This document shows, piece after piece, positions 39,301 through 53,214 of a DNA stretch of 64,000 nt. How positions within the stretch are numbered: the stretch's first letter is position 1; each line of letters begins with the position of its first letter. The position numbers and the translations under genes were made by a program. The notes under the pieces were generated by a model that did no database searches, was not told where the DNA came from, and saw only the letters and a list, made by a program, of their open reading frames with translations. The stretch is taken from NCBI RefSeq assembly GCF_963921235.1, contig NC_086097.1:105712001-105776000 (forward strand). Reading direction: 5' to 3'. The stretch is from Mobula hypostoma (Eukaryota).

Positions 39301-39629
39301 CTTGAAGGAACTAGGTAGAAGGTACCATAGTATCAGGACAGAACTATCAGGATAGGAAATTGCTCCTCCTCAGGCTGTAAGACAACTCAACTCCTTGCCA
39401 CCAGCCAGGTCACATCACATGAAGCATCAGCACCAGTAGCGTTATACTGTTTGCTTTTCATCTTGTATCTTATACGCACCTTATTATTTGTGATAATATT
39501 ACTTTGCGTTGTGTGTGTGAGTTATATGTGCTGTGTTATGCACCTTGGCCTGGAGGAACATTGTTTGTTTGGCAGCATACACGTGTCTGGATGAATCACA
39601 ATAAATTGAACTTGAATTGGTCAGATGGC

Positions 39630-40150
39630 ATTTGGAGTAATGTGAGCAGCTTTGGGCATTTCATCTGAAAAGGGATGTGCTGGTGTTGGAGAGGGTCCAG
39701 AGGAGGTTCACATAAATGATCCTGGAAATTAAAGGGTTAATTTAGGAGAAGTGTTTGATGGCTCTAGACTTATTCTCGCTGGAGCCTAGAAGAATGAGGG
39801 TTCCTCATTGAAACCTAATGATACAGTGGAAATGGAGAGAATGTTTCCAGTAGTGGGGAAGTCTCAGACCAGAGGGCACAGACTCAAAATAGAAGGGCAT
39901 CTCTTCAGAACAAATGAGGAACTTCTTTAGCCAGAGGGTAGTGAATTCATTTCCACAGGTGCCTATGGAGACAAAGTCATTAGGTATATTTAAAGTGGAA
40001 GTTGACAGGTTCTTATTTACTAAGAGTGTCAAAAGTTACAGGGAGAAGGCAGGAGAATGGGATTGTGAGGGATAATAAAATCATCCATGATGGAATGGAG
40101 GAACAGATTCGATGGGCTGAATGGCATAATTCTGCTCCTATGTCTTACGG
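39630..40150 (+). mobile_element. CR1 3' fragment
   Basis: GAGAGGGTCCAGAGGAGGTTCAC followed by the tail GAATGGCATAATTCTGCTCCTATGTCTTA. Confidence 0.75.
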
Positions 40151-40427
40151 TTTTATATTCATGTGCTAATCTAAGAGCCTCTTGAAAACTTCTATCATAT
40201 CTGCCTCCACCACCAGCCCAGCATTTCAGGCACCCTCTACTCTGCGTGTGCGTGTGTGTGGAGTTTGAGGGCCTCCATCGGTCAGAGTTGACCATCGATA
40301 TTTCATCCTGGCTGTTTAGCAAGCCTGGGCAGTACAATATGGAGAACAAGCTTCCCCTCTCCATGCATCTGATGAGTCCGAACCCTTCTCCATGAGTGGC
40401 TATAGCTGCAAGGCACCGGAGGTTTGA

Positions 40428-40539
40428 GAAACGTCGACTATACCTCTTCCTATAGATGCTGCCTGGCCTGCTGCATTCACCAGCAATTTTTATGTGTGTT
40501 GCTTGAAATTCCAGCATCTGCAGATTTGCTAGTGTTTGC
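40428..40539 (+). mobile_element. Penelope pLTR 3' fragment starting at hammerhead GAAACGTC
   Basis: GAAACGTCGACTATACCTCTTCC...CAGCATCTGCAGATTTGCTAGTGTTTGC matches 1987-2098. Confidence 0.8.
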
Positions 40540-40634
40540 GAGGAACATGCTACCCCCGGACTCTTGATATGACCCTTTTAAAAGCCTTCCGCTTGCCATC
40601 TCTTCCTTTGCCTTAAAATAGTCACCCAGTCGAC

Positions 40635-43600
40635 CTTTACTTTATTGTCGCCAAACAATTGATACTAGAGCATACAATCATCACAGCGATATTTGATTCT
40701 GCGCTTTCGCGCTCCCTGGATTACAAATCGATAGTAAATATTAAAAATTTAAATTATAAATCATAAATAGAGAATAGAAAATGGAAAGTAAGGTAGTGCA
40801 AAAAAAAAAACAAGAGGCAGGTCCGGATATTTGGAGGGTACGGCCTAGATCCAGGTCAGGATCCGTTCAGCAGTCTTATCACAGTTGGAAAGAAGCTGTT
40901 CCCAAATCTGATCGCACGAGTCTTCAAGCTCCTGAGCCTTCTCCCCAAGGGAAGAGGGACGAAAAGTGTGTTGGCTGGGTGGGTCATGTCCTTGATTATC
41001 CTGGCAGCACTGCTCCGACAGCTTGGGGTGTAAAGTGAGTCCAAGGACGGAAGATTGGTTTGTGTGATGTGCTGGGCTGTGTTCACGATCTTCTGCAGCT
41101 TCTTCTGGTCTTGGACAGGACAACTTCCTTTTTTTAAATTTTTTTTAAATTTTATTTTTATTTGGATAAGGAATTCACAAGTATCATGTACTTTTTTTTA
41201 CATGTATAACCTTTTCCATTTTTTATATGTATAAAACTATAATTATTTATACATTCTTAAGTACACATTGAGATGATATAAAAAGAAATTAGACACTTAA
41301 ATAGATAATTATGTACAGTAGAAATTCTAATCTATTAGGCTAAGTAATGGTGTTAATTGTTAAGGAAAGTAGTAATAATAGTGGATTAGTAATAGTTTCC
41401 ATACATCTCTTCTGGATCACTTCTTCTGGTCCAAAATGTTGTGTGTAAGCCTATGTAACAACCATTATAGGTGTTTATATCCTAACTTGTTCATGCTTGC
41501 TTCTGCCCCCAAACATAATTATCTGATCCCTATGTACTTATTTACTTAATTTTATCATTTTTTATCCCTTACCCAAATCTTTTCCTTTACTTGTATTAAT
41601 TCACTATTTTCCAAACAAAAAAAAAGACAAAAACAGTAAACATTTAGACTAGGGGTGCTTACATTAGCAATATTACTGTGTTGATGAGAAGAGCAGTACA
41701 AATCATTAGGAGATTCATCTAAAGTCTGCTCGCATTGGGGTTATATATTCAATCCATTTATTCCAGATTTGATAACATTTTTCTTTTTGAATTCTCAGGG
41801 AGTAAGTCAACTTTTCCATTTTAAATATTTCCAAGATAATTTCGTGCCAATCTTCTAATGTAGGTGGTATTGGATTTAGCCACTTTCTAGTGATTGATTT
41901 CTTACATGCTGCTAAAAGGGCCTGCAGCAACTTTGTCTTCCTTCTGTTCAAGAAACAATACATGCCCCAAATAGAGCGTCTCAAAGTTCAGAGGTATCTG
42001 GGTCCTAAATACCTTAACTAATGTTCTATGAATACCTTCCCAATATAGACTTAATTTAGGACAATCCCAGAAAATATGGAAATGATTTGCCTCCTTAGAG
42101 CCGCACTTTCTCCAACACGTCACGTTTGTATCTTTATATTTTTCCTGATATGGGATCTTAAAGTATCTTATAATATTTTTCCAACAATGTTCTCTCCAAG
42201 TCAAAGAATTAGTCGAAGACCACAGAAAGCTGCATATTTTCCCCCAAGCCTCCTCTGAAAGTACCACCCCGCTTTTTTCTCCCACTTCTCTTTAATATAC
42301 AATGTGTTTACATTTTTAGCATGGGAGAGTGCATTATATAATCGAGAAACTGATTTACTAGGTATTGATCCGCAAGCTGAATTAAGAATCTTGAAAAATT
42401 CTAATTCTACTGTTGATAGGTCTGTATATCTACAACTCTGGTTAACATAATTTCGTACTTGAAGGTACCTAAAAAAAAGTCATTGTGTTCTAGGCCATGT
42501 TTGTCCTACAGGATTTGGAAACTTTGTGTAATGTTGTGAAACTCTTTTATGTATAAATGAGAGGTAGGTTGTAAGACCTTTCTTTTTCCATAATTCAAAT
42601 CTTTTATCTCCTCTGTTGGGAAGGAATTCGGTATCATATGCACACCATCTGAAGAGTTTTAACATGTTATTAATTCCACATGAATTAACCACCTTCTGCC
42701 ATATTTTTAATGTAAGATTTATCCAACTGTTTTTAAATTTTTCCAATTGGGCCATCAGTCCTTTGTCAGCTATTGAGGCCTGTAGAGGAAAACTGTCAAC
42801 CAATCCAAATTCTATTTCCTTCCATCTAGCCTTATATTCCCTATTACACCAATATAACAGAGGGGTTATCTGTGAGGCATAAAAATAATTTCTCAGGCAA
42901 GGAAGAACCATACCTCTTCCTTCCTTCCCTAATTGTAAGGTGTTATATCGAATTCTAGGTTTCCTTCCTTGCCAAATGAAGCAGGAAATCCACTTGTCCC
43001 ATTCCCTGAATTGATTATCATCCACCTCCACAGGTAAAGTACGGAAAAGATACAGTAACCGAGGAAGAATATTCATTTTTATAGTATTTATCCTTGAATT
43101 TAAACTTAAAAAGGGGTTAAGATTTCATCTATGCATATCTGCTTTTATCTCTGAGATTAATGGCCCATAATTTACCTGTGACAGCGTTGAAAGATCCTTC
43201 GGCAGGGTTATTCCTAAATATTTTAATGATTTAGCTTCCCACTTAAGATCATATGTATCCTGCAATTTTTTGGATGGTGTATAATTTAGGGACATAACCT
43301 GAGTTTTCTTTACATTTATTTTATAACCTGATATTTTCCCAAAGTCATCCAACAATATAAACAATCCTATAAATGATTTTTCTGGTTCACTGAGATAGAC
43401 TAAAACATCATCTGCGAATAACGCCACTTTCTGTTCAATCCCTGCCACCTTGATACCTTTTACGATTTCGCTCTGTCTTATAGTTGGGCAAGCGGTTCAA
43501 TATACAGCGCGAAAAGGAGAGGAGAAATTGGGCATCCCTGTCTAGTGCCTCTCTCTAAAATAAAGGAGTCAGAGAGGTCCCCATTTATCTTAATTCGAGC

Positions 43601-46600
43601 TGTAGGGCTGTCATATAGAGTCTGGATTACTTTAATAAACTTTTCTTGAAAGCCGAATCTTCCTAACACTCTGTATAGGAATGCCCAACTAACCGAATCA
43701 AAAGCTTTCTCAGCGTCTTATCCTACTACGATTGTCTCTGTCTCGTTCTTATTAACCTGTTCTAATATGTGTAGAGTTCTCCTTATGTTGTCCTGTGTTT
43801 GTCTTTGTTGAATAAATCCAGTCTGGTCTAAGTGGATTAGGCCAGGTAAGAGCTTTTCCAATCTGCGCGCTAATATAGATGTAAATAGTTCGTAATCTAA
43901 ATTAAGAACACTAATTGGCCGATAATTGCCACATTCTAATTTATCTTTACCCTCTTTAGGAATAACTGAAATAATCGCTTCTCTCCAGGAAGGTGGAGTT
44001 TCTCTTCTCTGTAAGATCCAATTAAAGGTGTTAAGTAGTAATGGGGCTAATTGTGACTTCAGGGATTTGTACCACTCTGAGGTAAACCCATCTGAACCCG
44101 GGGACTTTCCAGCCTTTAACCTAGAGATGGCCACATTCAGTTCTTTGGCAGTTACTGGTTCTAATAGACTTTCATTTTGTAAATCTGTAAGTTTAGGTAG
44201 ATCTAAAGAATTCAATAAACTGTCTATATAGGGTTCATTGGAGGCCCGGGGTTGGGAGTACAGCTCTCGATAATATGTCTCTTGAATTTTCCCTATTGTA
44301 CTCTTCACAAGCTTTGTCTTTGGATTCTTTATTTTATGAATTGTATTGTCTGCTTGTTGTTTTCGTAACTTATATGCTAGTAAACTAGCTGATTTACCTC
44401 CTACTTCATAATTCTTTTGTCTCAGGTAAAGAAAATTTCTTTGAGTTTCCAACGTATAAATATCGTCAATTTCACTTTGCAATTTCCTAATTTCCTGTTT
44501 TAAATTTGAATTACTTTTGTTGCTATCTACAACTTGAAGTTGTTTTAGTTTTCCTTGAAGATCTGCTAATTTTTCTGTATTGATTTTTTTCATGTGAGTG
44601 GTAATGGAAATAATTTTCCCTCTCAGTACAGCTTTCAATGTATCCCATAAGATCACTGGTGATGTTTCTCCCGTGTCATTAAGGTCTAGGTATTCTTTGA
44701 TTTCTCCCCTTAATCTCTCCATTACTTTCGGGTTATTGAGTATATCTGAGTTTAACCTCCATAGTGTTTTCCTCATTCTGCTTTCCAGGATTAGAGACAT
44801 AGAGACTGAGCTATGATCTGACAGATCAATTGTTGCAATATTACAGTTTTTTTATCCTGAGTCTATCTGTATTAAAGATAAAGAAATAGTCTATCCTTGA
44901 ATAGGCTGAATGAGGGAAAGAGTAATGTGTATAATCTTTACTAGTGGGGTGTAATTCCCTCCACACATCTATAATTCCCAACTCCTCCATCAATAAATTC
45001 ATTTTCCGAGTCAGAGGTTTATTCTGAGTAACTATTCTTGAAGAATCTAATATAGGATTTAATCTAATATTAAAGTCCCCTCCACAAATTACCACCCCTT
45101 GAGAACTGACCATTAGGTCAAAAATGTGTCTATAAAATGACCATTCACTACCTGGAGGAGCATAAACATTCAGCAGTGTTATTTCTGTACCTTCTATTCT
45201 TCCTGTAATTTTTACAAATCTTCCATCTTTGTCTTTAGTCTCTGAAATATGTTCATAATTAAGAGTACTTGATATTAAAGTAGCTACCCCTCTTTTGTGG
45301 CTCAATTTATATGATGAATAAAATACATGCTTAAAGCCCATTCTTTTTAATTTTCCATGTTCAGATTGGCTCATATGTGTTTCCTGGAGGAAAGCTATTT
45401 GTGCCCTCTCTTTTTTCAATTTAGACATAATCTTATTTCTTTTAATTGGATTCAAAACCCCATTAACATTATAGGAAATTATTTTTACCAATTCAATTTG
45501 CATTTTTCTCTAGTAGAAAAAAAACACTCTCCTTTTCTAACCAAACAGTAAGCAATCCCTTCTCCACAGTAAACCAATACATATAACCACACCCTAGACA
45601 TTTTTGAACGTATAACATTTGAAAATTTTTCCCGACTTCCCACAGTGAGGCGTGAGCACCGACCCACCTCAGTTCAGAGGGATAACCTCTATCTTCACCC
45701 TGTGTTAGAAGGCCCTCCGCAGTTTGAATAATCATAGAGAATTTTCTCCTATTTATGTCTCAACCATATTGCTATCATTCAAGTTATTCCGTCTAGTTTA
45801 TTTTCAGATACCAGCTTTCATTTTACCCTTAAGTCCGAATTGCTCTTTTCAGTCATTTCTCTTATTTAGTCTGTATTCTCTGTACATTCGCGTCTGAATA
45901 TTTGCAGCTTTTCCTTGTAGTTTGACACTCTGGTTCGTGTGGAGCGTCCTCGCCCCACTAACTGTCACGACTTCTGACGAATCCTCTCCAGTAGCGACTC
46001 CGGTTGGGTGATTAATAGGTAGTCCCCGGTCCACCAGGTCCAACGTTGCCTCCTCCACCGTAGCGTAAGTTTTTGTCCCTTCATCGTAAAAGACTTTCAG
46101 CCGAGCTGGATACAGGGTCTGAAATCTGATGTTGTTTTCCTTCAGGACCCCCCGTGTTTCCGCATATTCCTTCCGTCTGACAAGAATCCCCGGTGCGTAA
46201 TCGTGGTCTAAACTGATTTTACAGTTGCTCCACATGAAAACTTTCTTTTGCCATGCCCATTTAAGCACCTCTTCCTTTGTTCTGTAACTGAGAAATCTGA
46301 CCAGAATTGATCTGGGCTGGGCGCCTGCCGGAGGCTGTGGTGCCAACGCACGGTGAGCCCTTTCTATCTGTAGGTCTTTTGCGGCCGGTATATCAAGGTT
46401 CTCTCTAAGCAGCTTCTCCACGAAGGGAATCATCAATCCGGGTTTACCCTCAGTTCCTTCGGGAACTCCGTAAATCCTCACATTTTCCCTTCTTGAGCGG
46501 CCTTCTTGATCTATTAGTTTCCACTGGAGCTGCTCTTGTAGCTTTAGCATTTCTGCTATCACTTCCTCGGCGTTTTGTAGCTTCTCTTCATTTCCAACAA

Positions 46601-47057
46601 TCCTCGCTTCGGCTTCATCTATCCTCGAGTTAGTTTTTACCATTTCTCCTTTAATATCCTCCAGCTGTTTGTTGAATTCTTGTCTGAACTCGCGAATCTC
46701 TTCGAGAATCAAAGACAGAGTCACCGATTCCTGCTCATTATCTCCGTCCTGGCTTGCCGTGGGGGAGCTAGGCCCGTCGCCTTGCTGCGTCTCTTTATGT
46801 TTATCAGCCTTCGGAGCAGACTTTTTAATCTTGTTCTTAGACATCATCCTTGCCCCTTTTATTAATATATTTATACAATATTAAGTATTCGTCTAAATTC
46901 GATTTTCGGGCAGTTTACCTTCTTTTTGGCCAAGAGACCTTTTCCTTACGCTGCCATTCCCTTGATGACCCCCAACTCCTATCAGACAGGACAACTTCCA
47001 TACCAGGTTGTGATGCACCCTAGAAGAATGCTTTCTATGGCGCATCTATAAAAATTG
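40635..47057 (-). mobile_element. Rex1/L2-like LINE 3' portion (40635-41128 and 46985-47057) hosting the L1
   Basis: ORF 40856-41086 reads IIKD.THPA..LF.PLP.GRR.RS..TR..RF.NSFFP..IRLLN. The sequence continues after the L1 TSD. Confidence 0.75.
41129..46984 (-). mobile_element. Full-length L1-clade LINE (5'UTR, ORF1, ORF2 with several frameshifts, 3'UTR, A-rich tail)
   Basis: A 15-bp TSD GACAGGACAACTTCC lies at 41114-41128 and 46985-46999. ORF1 (45849-46847) has a coiled coil plus RSRRENVRIYGVPE and IERAHR. ORF2 starts at 45503 and has [52 protein letters not shown] and a C-terminal CWRKC...H..W.C. Confidence 0.95.
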
Positions 47058-47667
47058 ACCTCAGACCTCAGCTAGATCCTTCCTAATTCTCTCAAAATTG
47101 GCCTGGCTCAAGTTCAGGACCTTAACCTGCAGAGCTGTTCTTTTTCCAAAACTATATTGAAACTAACAGAATTGTGATCACTGGACCCAAAATGCTTTCC
47201 ATCTGCCATTTCAGTTACTTGGCCAGCTTCTTTCCCTAACAGGAGGTTCAGTATTGCTCATTTTAAGCAGGTTCCTCTATAAGGAGGAGACCGTCTTGGA
47301 TACACCATACAAATTCTGTTCCATCTAGGTCCTTTACCCTTTGGGTGGCCCAGTCAATACCAGGAAAATTGAAATCCCCAAGTAGCACTACCCTCCTCTT
47401 CTCACATACGTGCAATTTAGGACATAGAACACCACAGCCTAGTACAGGACCTTAGGCCCACGATGTTGTACTGACCTTTTAAACTACTGTAAAATTAATC
47501 TAACCCTTCCCTCCTACATAGCCCTTCATTTTTCCTATCATCCATGTGCTTACCTTAAGAGCAATGTTCTCTCTAATCTGTAATGACCAGTGTGCGCAAA
47601 AATCTTGTGCTGTGCAATTTTTTGCCCAGTGACAATATGTGTGCACTGAATTTTATATATGGAAATA

Positions 47668-50600
47668 TAGAAAGCCTACAGCACAATACAGGCCCTTTGC
47701 CCCACAAAGCTGTGCCGAACATGTCCTGACCTTAGAAATACCTAGGCTTACCCATAGTCCTCTATTTTTCTAAGCTCCATGTATCTATCCTGGAGTCTCT
47801 TAAAAGACCCTATCATTTCCGCCACCACTACTGCCGCCAGCAGTCCATTCCACGCACTCTCTGCATAAAAAAACTTACCCCTGACATCTCCTCTTAGAAG
47901 CACCTTAAGGCTATGCCCTCTCGTGCTAGCCATTTCAGCCCTGGGAAAAAGCCTCTGACTATCCACACGGTCAATGCCTCTCATTATCTTGTACACCTCT
48001 GTCAGGTCACCTCTCATCCTCTATCACTCCAAGGAGAAAAGGCGGCATTCACTCAACCTATTCTCATAAGGCCTGCTCCCCAATCCAGGCAACATCTTTG
48101 TAAATCTCCTCTGCACCCTTTCGTTGGTTTCCACATCCTTCCTGTAGTGAGGTGACCAGAATTGAGCACAGTACTCCAAGTGGGGTCTGACCAGGGTCCG
48201 ATAGAGCTGCAACATTACCTCTCGGCTCTTAAACTCAATCCCACGGTTGATGAAGTGCAATGCACCGTATGCCTTCTTAACCCCAGAGTCAACCTGTGCA
48301 GCAGCTTTGAGTGTCCTATGGACTAGGACCACAAGATCCCTCTGAACCTCCACACTGCCAAGAGTCTTACCATTAATACTATATTATGCCATCATATTTG
48401 ACCTACCAAAATGAACCACTTCACACTTACCTGGGTTGAACTCCATCTGCCACTTCTCAGCCCAGTTTTGCATCCTATCAATGTCCCGCTGTAACCTCTG
48501 ACACCCCTCTACACTATCCGCAACACCTCCAGCCTTTGTGTCATCAGCAAACTTACTAACTCATCCCTCCACTTCCTCATCCAAGTCATTTATAAAAATC
48601 ACAAATCCCAGAACAGATTTCTGAGGCACACCACTGGTCACCGAGCTCCATGCAGAAAATGACCCATCTACAACTACTCTTTGCCTTCTGTGGGCAAGCC
48701 AGTTCTTGATCCACAAGGCAATGTCCCCTTGGATCTCATGCCTCCTTACTTTCTCAATAAGCCTTGCATGGTGTACCTTGTCAAATGTCTTGCTGAAATC
48801 CATATACACTACATCTATGGCTCTACCTTCATCAATGTGTTTAGTCGCATCCTCAAAAAATTCAATCAGGCTGGTAAGGCACGACTCGCCTTTGACAAAG
48901 CCATGCTGACTATTCCTAATCATATTATGCCTCTACAAATGTTCATAAATCCTGCCTCTCAGGATCTTCTCCATTAACTTACCAACCACTGAAGTAAGAC
49001 TCACTGGCCTATAATTTCCTGGGCTATCTCTACTCCCTTTCTTGAATAAGGGAACAACATCTGCAACCCTCCAATCCTTCGGAACCTTTCCCGCCCTCAT
49101 TGATGCAAAGATCATCGCCAGAGGCTCAGTAATCTCTTCCCTCGCTTCCCACAGTAGCTTGGGGTACATCCTGTCTGGTCCCGGTGACTTATCCAACTTG
49201 ATACTTTCCAAAAGCTCCAGCACATCCTCTTCCTTAATATCTACCTGCTCAAGCTTTTCAGTCCACTGCAAGTCATCCCTACAATCGCCAAGATCCTTTT
49301 CCGTAGTGAATACTGAAGCCAAGTATTCATTAAGTACCTCTGCTTTCTCCTCGGGTCCCATGCACACTTTTCCACTGTCACACTTGATTAGTCCTATTCT
49401 CTCAGGTCTTATCCTCTTGCTCTTCACATACTTGCAGAATGCCTTGGGGTTTTCCTGTCCACCAAGGCCTTCTTATTGTCCCTTCTGGCTCTCCTAATTT
49501 TATTCTTAAACTCCTTCCTGCTAGCCTTATAATCTTCTTGATCTCTATCTATTTACTACTAAAGCTCTCATGCTCTGTCTGTGACCGCCAATTAGCGCAA
49601 ACACTGCATTACAGCGGCACTTTTTTTGGCTAAGTCGAATTAAAATACTCTAACTTACAGAATGCAGGCAAAGTTCAGGGTTATATATTCGTATAAAATT
49701 GCTCACTCACCAAAAATCAACAGGCTGCCTTTCACCTGAGACCTGATTAGCCATCATGGAAATCAGGACGCTACAACCCAACGCATGCGCACGGCCAGCC
49801 TCAGTGGTGCCTCACGATGCTCACAGACCCGCTTCCACCTTCCGTGGAGACCGTGACGCCACAGCCCGATGCATGCGCACGGCCAGACTCAGCATCTTGG
49901 AGGCTTTGGTGTTACTGCTTCCTAGCTTCTATCAAGCATTAGGGTAAAAATATAAGGATTGCCTAATTATGCCGCATGGAAAGGGAAGGGGGACATTATG
50001 GTCAAGAGATGACGCCAAACGTCGTTGGGAAGTGGCAAGGAGAGGGAGAGAACAACAATCGGATGAGGCCAGGGCTGCACGACTCCAGGATCAAAGAGTC
50101 AGGACAAAAAAGATGAGAGAAGGCGAGACAGAGGAGGACAGGCATGCATGTCTCCAAAATGACAACAATAGGCACAGACGAAGGAGAGAACAAGAATCCA
50201 ATCAGGCCAGGGCCACACAACTCCAGGATCAGAGAGAAAGAACAAATGGTAGAAGAGATGAAGAGACGAAGGATGAAAGGGCTGCGCGTCTTCAGAATGA
50301 CAAAAACAGGCAGAGAAGGAGGAGAGAGGTAGAGACGGAGGAGAGAAGGAAAGATCAACTCGAGAATATGCGGCACAGTAATTATTGCGAGGGTTGCTGA
50401 AGACGGCCATGGCCGCTTTCGACAGTACCTCGACAGAAAGAGTAAGGTAAAATGCACGACTCAGATGCCGTCACATTTCTGCTGATGTTGGTTCGATGAC
50501 CAGAGTATGCCCTCACTGTCGTGCCTTCCTGTTCACTGGAGAAACCACACATTTCTGCTGTATGAAAGGAAAGGTCAGGATAGGCAATTTGCAGCCTCTA

Positions 50601-53214
50601 CCTAATTTGTACAGCAATGATGAACTTATTGCTGTACAAACGAGTTCAGGAAGAACATCAGACAATACAGTTGCTTCTTCCAAATGACATCCTTTGGTGC
50701 CAAAGAAGTCATTCCAACTAGGAATCGATGGAATCCTTCTGTGATTATTCAAGGCCAAATCTATCATTACATCGGACATTTAATTCCAGACCCGACCCAG
50801 CAAGCCCGATTCCTTCAAATTTACTTCATGGGATATTTAATGTTCATTCTGGTCACATATTTGTCTTGCTATGCATCTTTCTTCTTTAATAAGCTGTTTT
50901 TCTTCTTTAATTTCTAAATCAAAGACATAGCAATAGCATTCAGGAAAATTTGAATGTTCATTCTGGTCACATCAGACTGCACTACCCTTCTCTCAAAGGG
51001 TGCCCCAATGGGTCACCCCATTGCCTAGTTATTACCTAGTTTTTTTGAACCTTTCGTAAGCACTTCTTTTCTTCTTGATGAGACTTACAACAGCCTTTGT
51101 ACACCATAGTTCCTGTACCCTACCATCCTTTCCCTGTCTCATTGGAACATACCTGTGCAGAACCCCACGCAAATATCCCCTGAATATTTGCCACATTTCT
51201 TCCGTACATTTCCCTAAGAACATCTGTTTCCAATTTATGCTTCATAGTTCCTACCTGATAGCCTCATATTTCCCCTTACTTCAATTAAACATTTCCCTAA
51301 CTTGTCCATTTCTATCCCTCTCCAATGAGATAGAATTGTGTAAGGGAGATAGAATTGTGATCACTATCTCCAAAATGCTCTCCCACTAAGAGACCTGACA
51401 CCTGACCAGGTTCATTTCCCAATACCTTATCAAGTACAGCCTCCCCTCTTGGAGGTTTATCTACATATTGTGTCAAGAAACCTTCTTGAATACACCTAAC
51501 AAACTCCACCTCATCTAATCCCCTCATTCTAGGGAGATGCCAATCAATATTTGGGAAATTAAAATCTCCTACCACAGCAACCCTGTTATTATTATACCTT
51601 TGCAGAATCTATCTCCCTATCTGCTCCTCGATGTCCCTGTTATTATTAGGTGGTCTATAATAAAACACTCAGTATTGACCCCTTCCTATTCCGAACTTCT
51701 ACCCACAGAGACTCCGTAGACAACCCCTCCATGACTTCCCCCTTTTCTGCAGCCGTGATGCGCTCTCTGATCAACAGTGCCATATCCCGACCTCTTTTGC
51801 CTCCCTCCCTTCCCTTCTGAAACATCTAAAGTGTGGCACTTGATCTAGCTATTCCTGCCCCTGCACCATCCAGGTCTCTGTAATGGCTACAACATCATAG
51901 CTCTAAGTGCTGATCTATGCTCTAAGCTCATGCGCTTTATTCATAATACTCCTCGCATTAAAATAGACACATCTCAGACCATCGGTCTGAGCTCATCTCT
52001 TCTCTATCACCTGCCTATCCTCCCTTTCGCACTGTCTCCCAGCTTTCTCTATTTGTGAGCCAACCTCCCTTTTCTCCGTCACTTCAGTTCGGTTCCCACC
52101 CCCCCCAGCAATTCTAGTTTAAACTCTCCCCAGTAGCCTTAGCAAACCTCCCCATCAGGATGTTGGTCCCCCGGGATTCAAGTGCAACCCATCCTTTTTG
52201 TACAGGTCACACCTGCCCCCTGCTCCAATCCCTCAGCCACACATTTATCCTCCATCTCATTCAATTCCTATACGTATTGTCACGTGGCACAGGCAGTGAT
52301 CCCGAGATGACTACCTTTGTGGTCCTGCTTCTCAACTTTCTTCCTAACTCCCTGTAGTCTGCTTTCAGACCTCCTGCCTTTTCCTACCTATGGCGGTACT
52401 AATATGTACCACGACCTTTGGCTGTTCTCCTTCCCACTTCAAGATACTGTGGACGCGATCAGAAAAATCTCGGACCCTGGCACCTGGAAGGCAAACTACC
52501 ATCCGTGTTTCTTTCCTGCGTCCACAGAATCGCCTGTCTGTCCCACTGAACTATAGAGTCCCCTATCACTGCTGCCATCCTCTTCTTTTCCCTACCCTTC
52601 TGAACCACAGGGCCAGACTTTGTGCCAGAGGTGCGACCACTGTTGCTTCCCCCAGGTAGATCATTCCCCCCCCCCAACAGTACTCAAAACAGGAGTACTT
52701 CTTGTTAAGGGAGACAGCCACTGGGGTACTTTCTAGCATCTGCCTCTTGCCCTTCCTTCTCCTGACTGTTAACCCACTTAACTGTCTCCCCAGGCCCCGG
52801 AGTGACCACCTGCCTATAGCTCCTCTCTATCACCTCCTCACTCTCCCTGACCAGACTAAGGTCATCGAGCTGCATCTCCAGTTCTCTAACACGGTCCCTA
52901 AGAAGCTGCAGCTCGATGCACTTGGTGCAGATGTGGCCGTCCAGGAGGCTGAGAGTCTCCAGGACCTCCCACACCTGACGCTGAGCACAGAAAACCAGCC
53001 TCACACACGTACTTTCTGTCTGTATTCTACACAGATAACCTACCTCGCCTCGACCCTTTATTGCTGAAGCCCCGTTGAGCCAAAGCCTTCCTACTCTGTC
53101 TCCCTCTACTCTGATGCCTGCTGTATAAATCTGTCTTCTTTCTAAGCTCTTCTTGCTGTTCTCACTGGCTGACCTCTACGCTTTGTGCAGTCGTGCCCCG
53201 TTCAAATCGCTGAA
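47668..53214 (-). mobile_element. Near full-length CR1 LINE (ORF1 zinc/leucine-zipper + esterase-like; ORF2 APE-RT), decayed
   Basis: ORF1 has HICTKCIELQLLRDRVRELEMQL and AVIGDSIV. ORF2 has VGDFNFPNIDW, PGNYRPVSLTSVVGK, QHGF.KG.SCLT, DFSKTFDKV and YCAQFWSPHYRKD. A putative TSD GAAATA lies at 47662-47667 and 53215-53220. Confidence 0.9.
49548..51028 (+). mobile_element. Internally deleted Helitron with Rep N-terminal coding relic
   Basis: The 5' end is A|TCTATTTACTACTAAAG. The 3' hairpin GGGTGCCCC-AAT-GGGTCACCC (50998-51018) is followed by CTAG|T. It sits at an AT target with no TSD, and the host CR1 rejoins across it. Coding relics are CPHCRAFLF.GE...CC.KGKV and NIRQY...FQMTSFG...IQGQIYHYIG.L.P....RFLQIYF. 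Confidence 0.9.

Noticed and set aside
49969..50400. Charged repeat ORF as a captured host gene
   Set aside because: It lies directly upstream of the Helitron Rep Cys motif, where such low-complexity charged repeats are commonly part of RepHel. There is no evidence of host origin.
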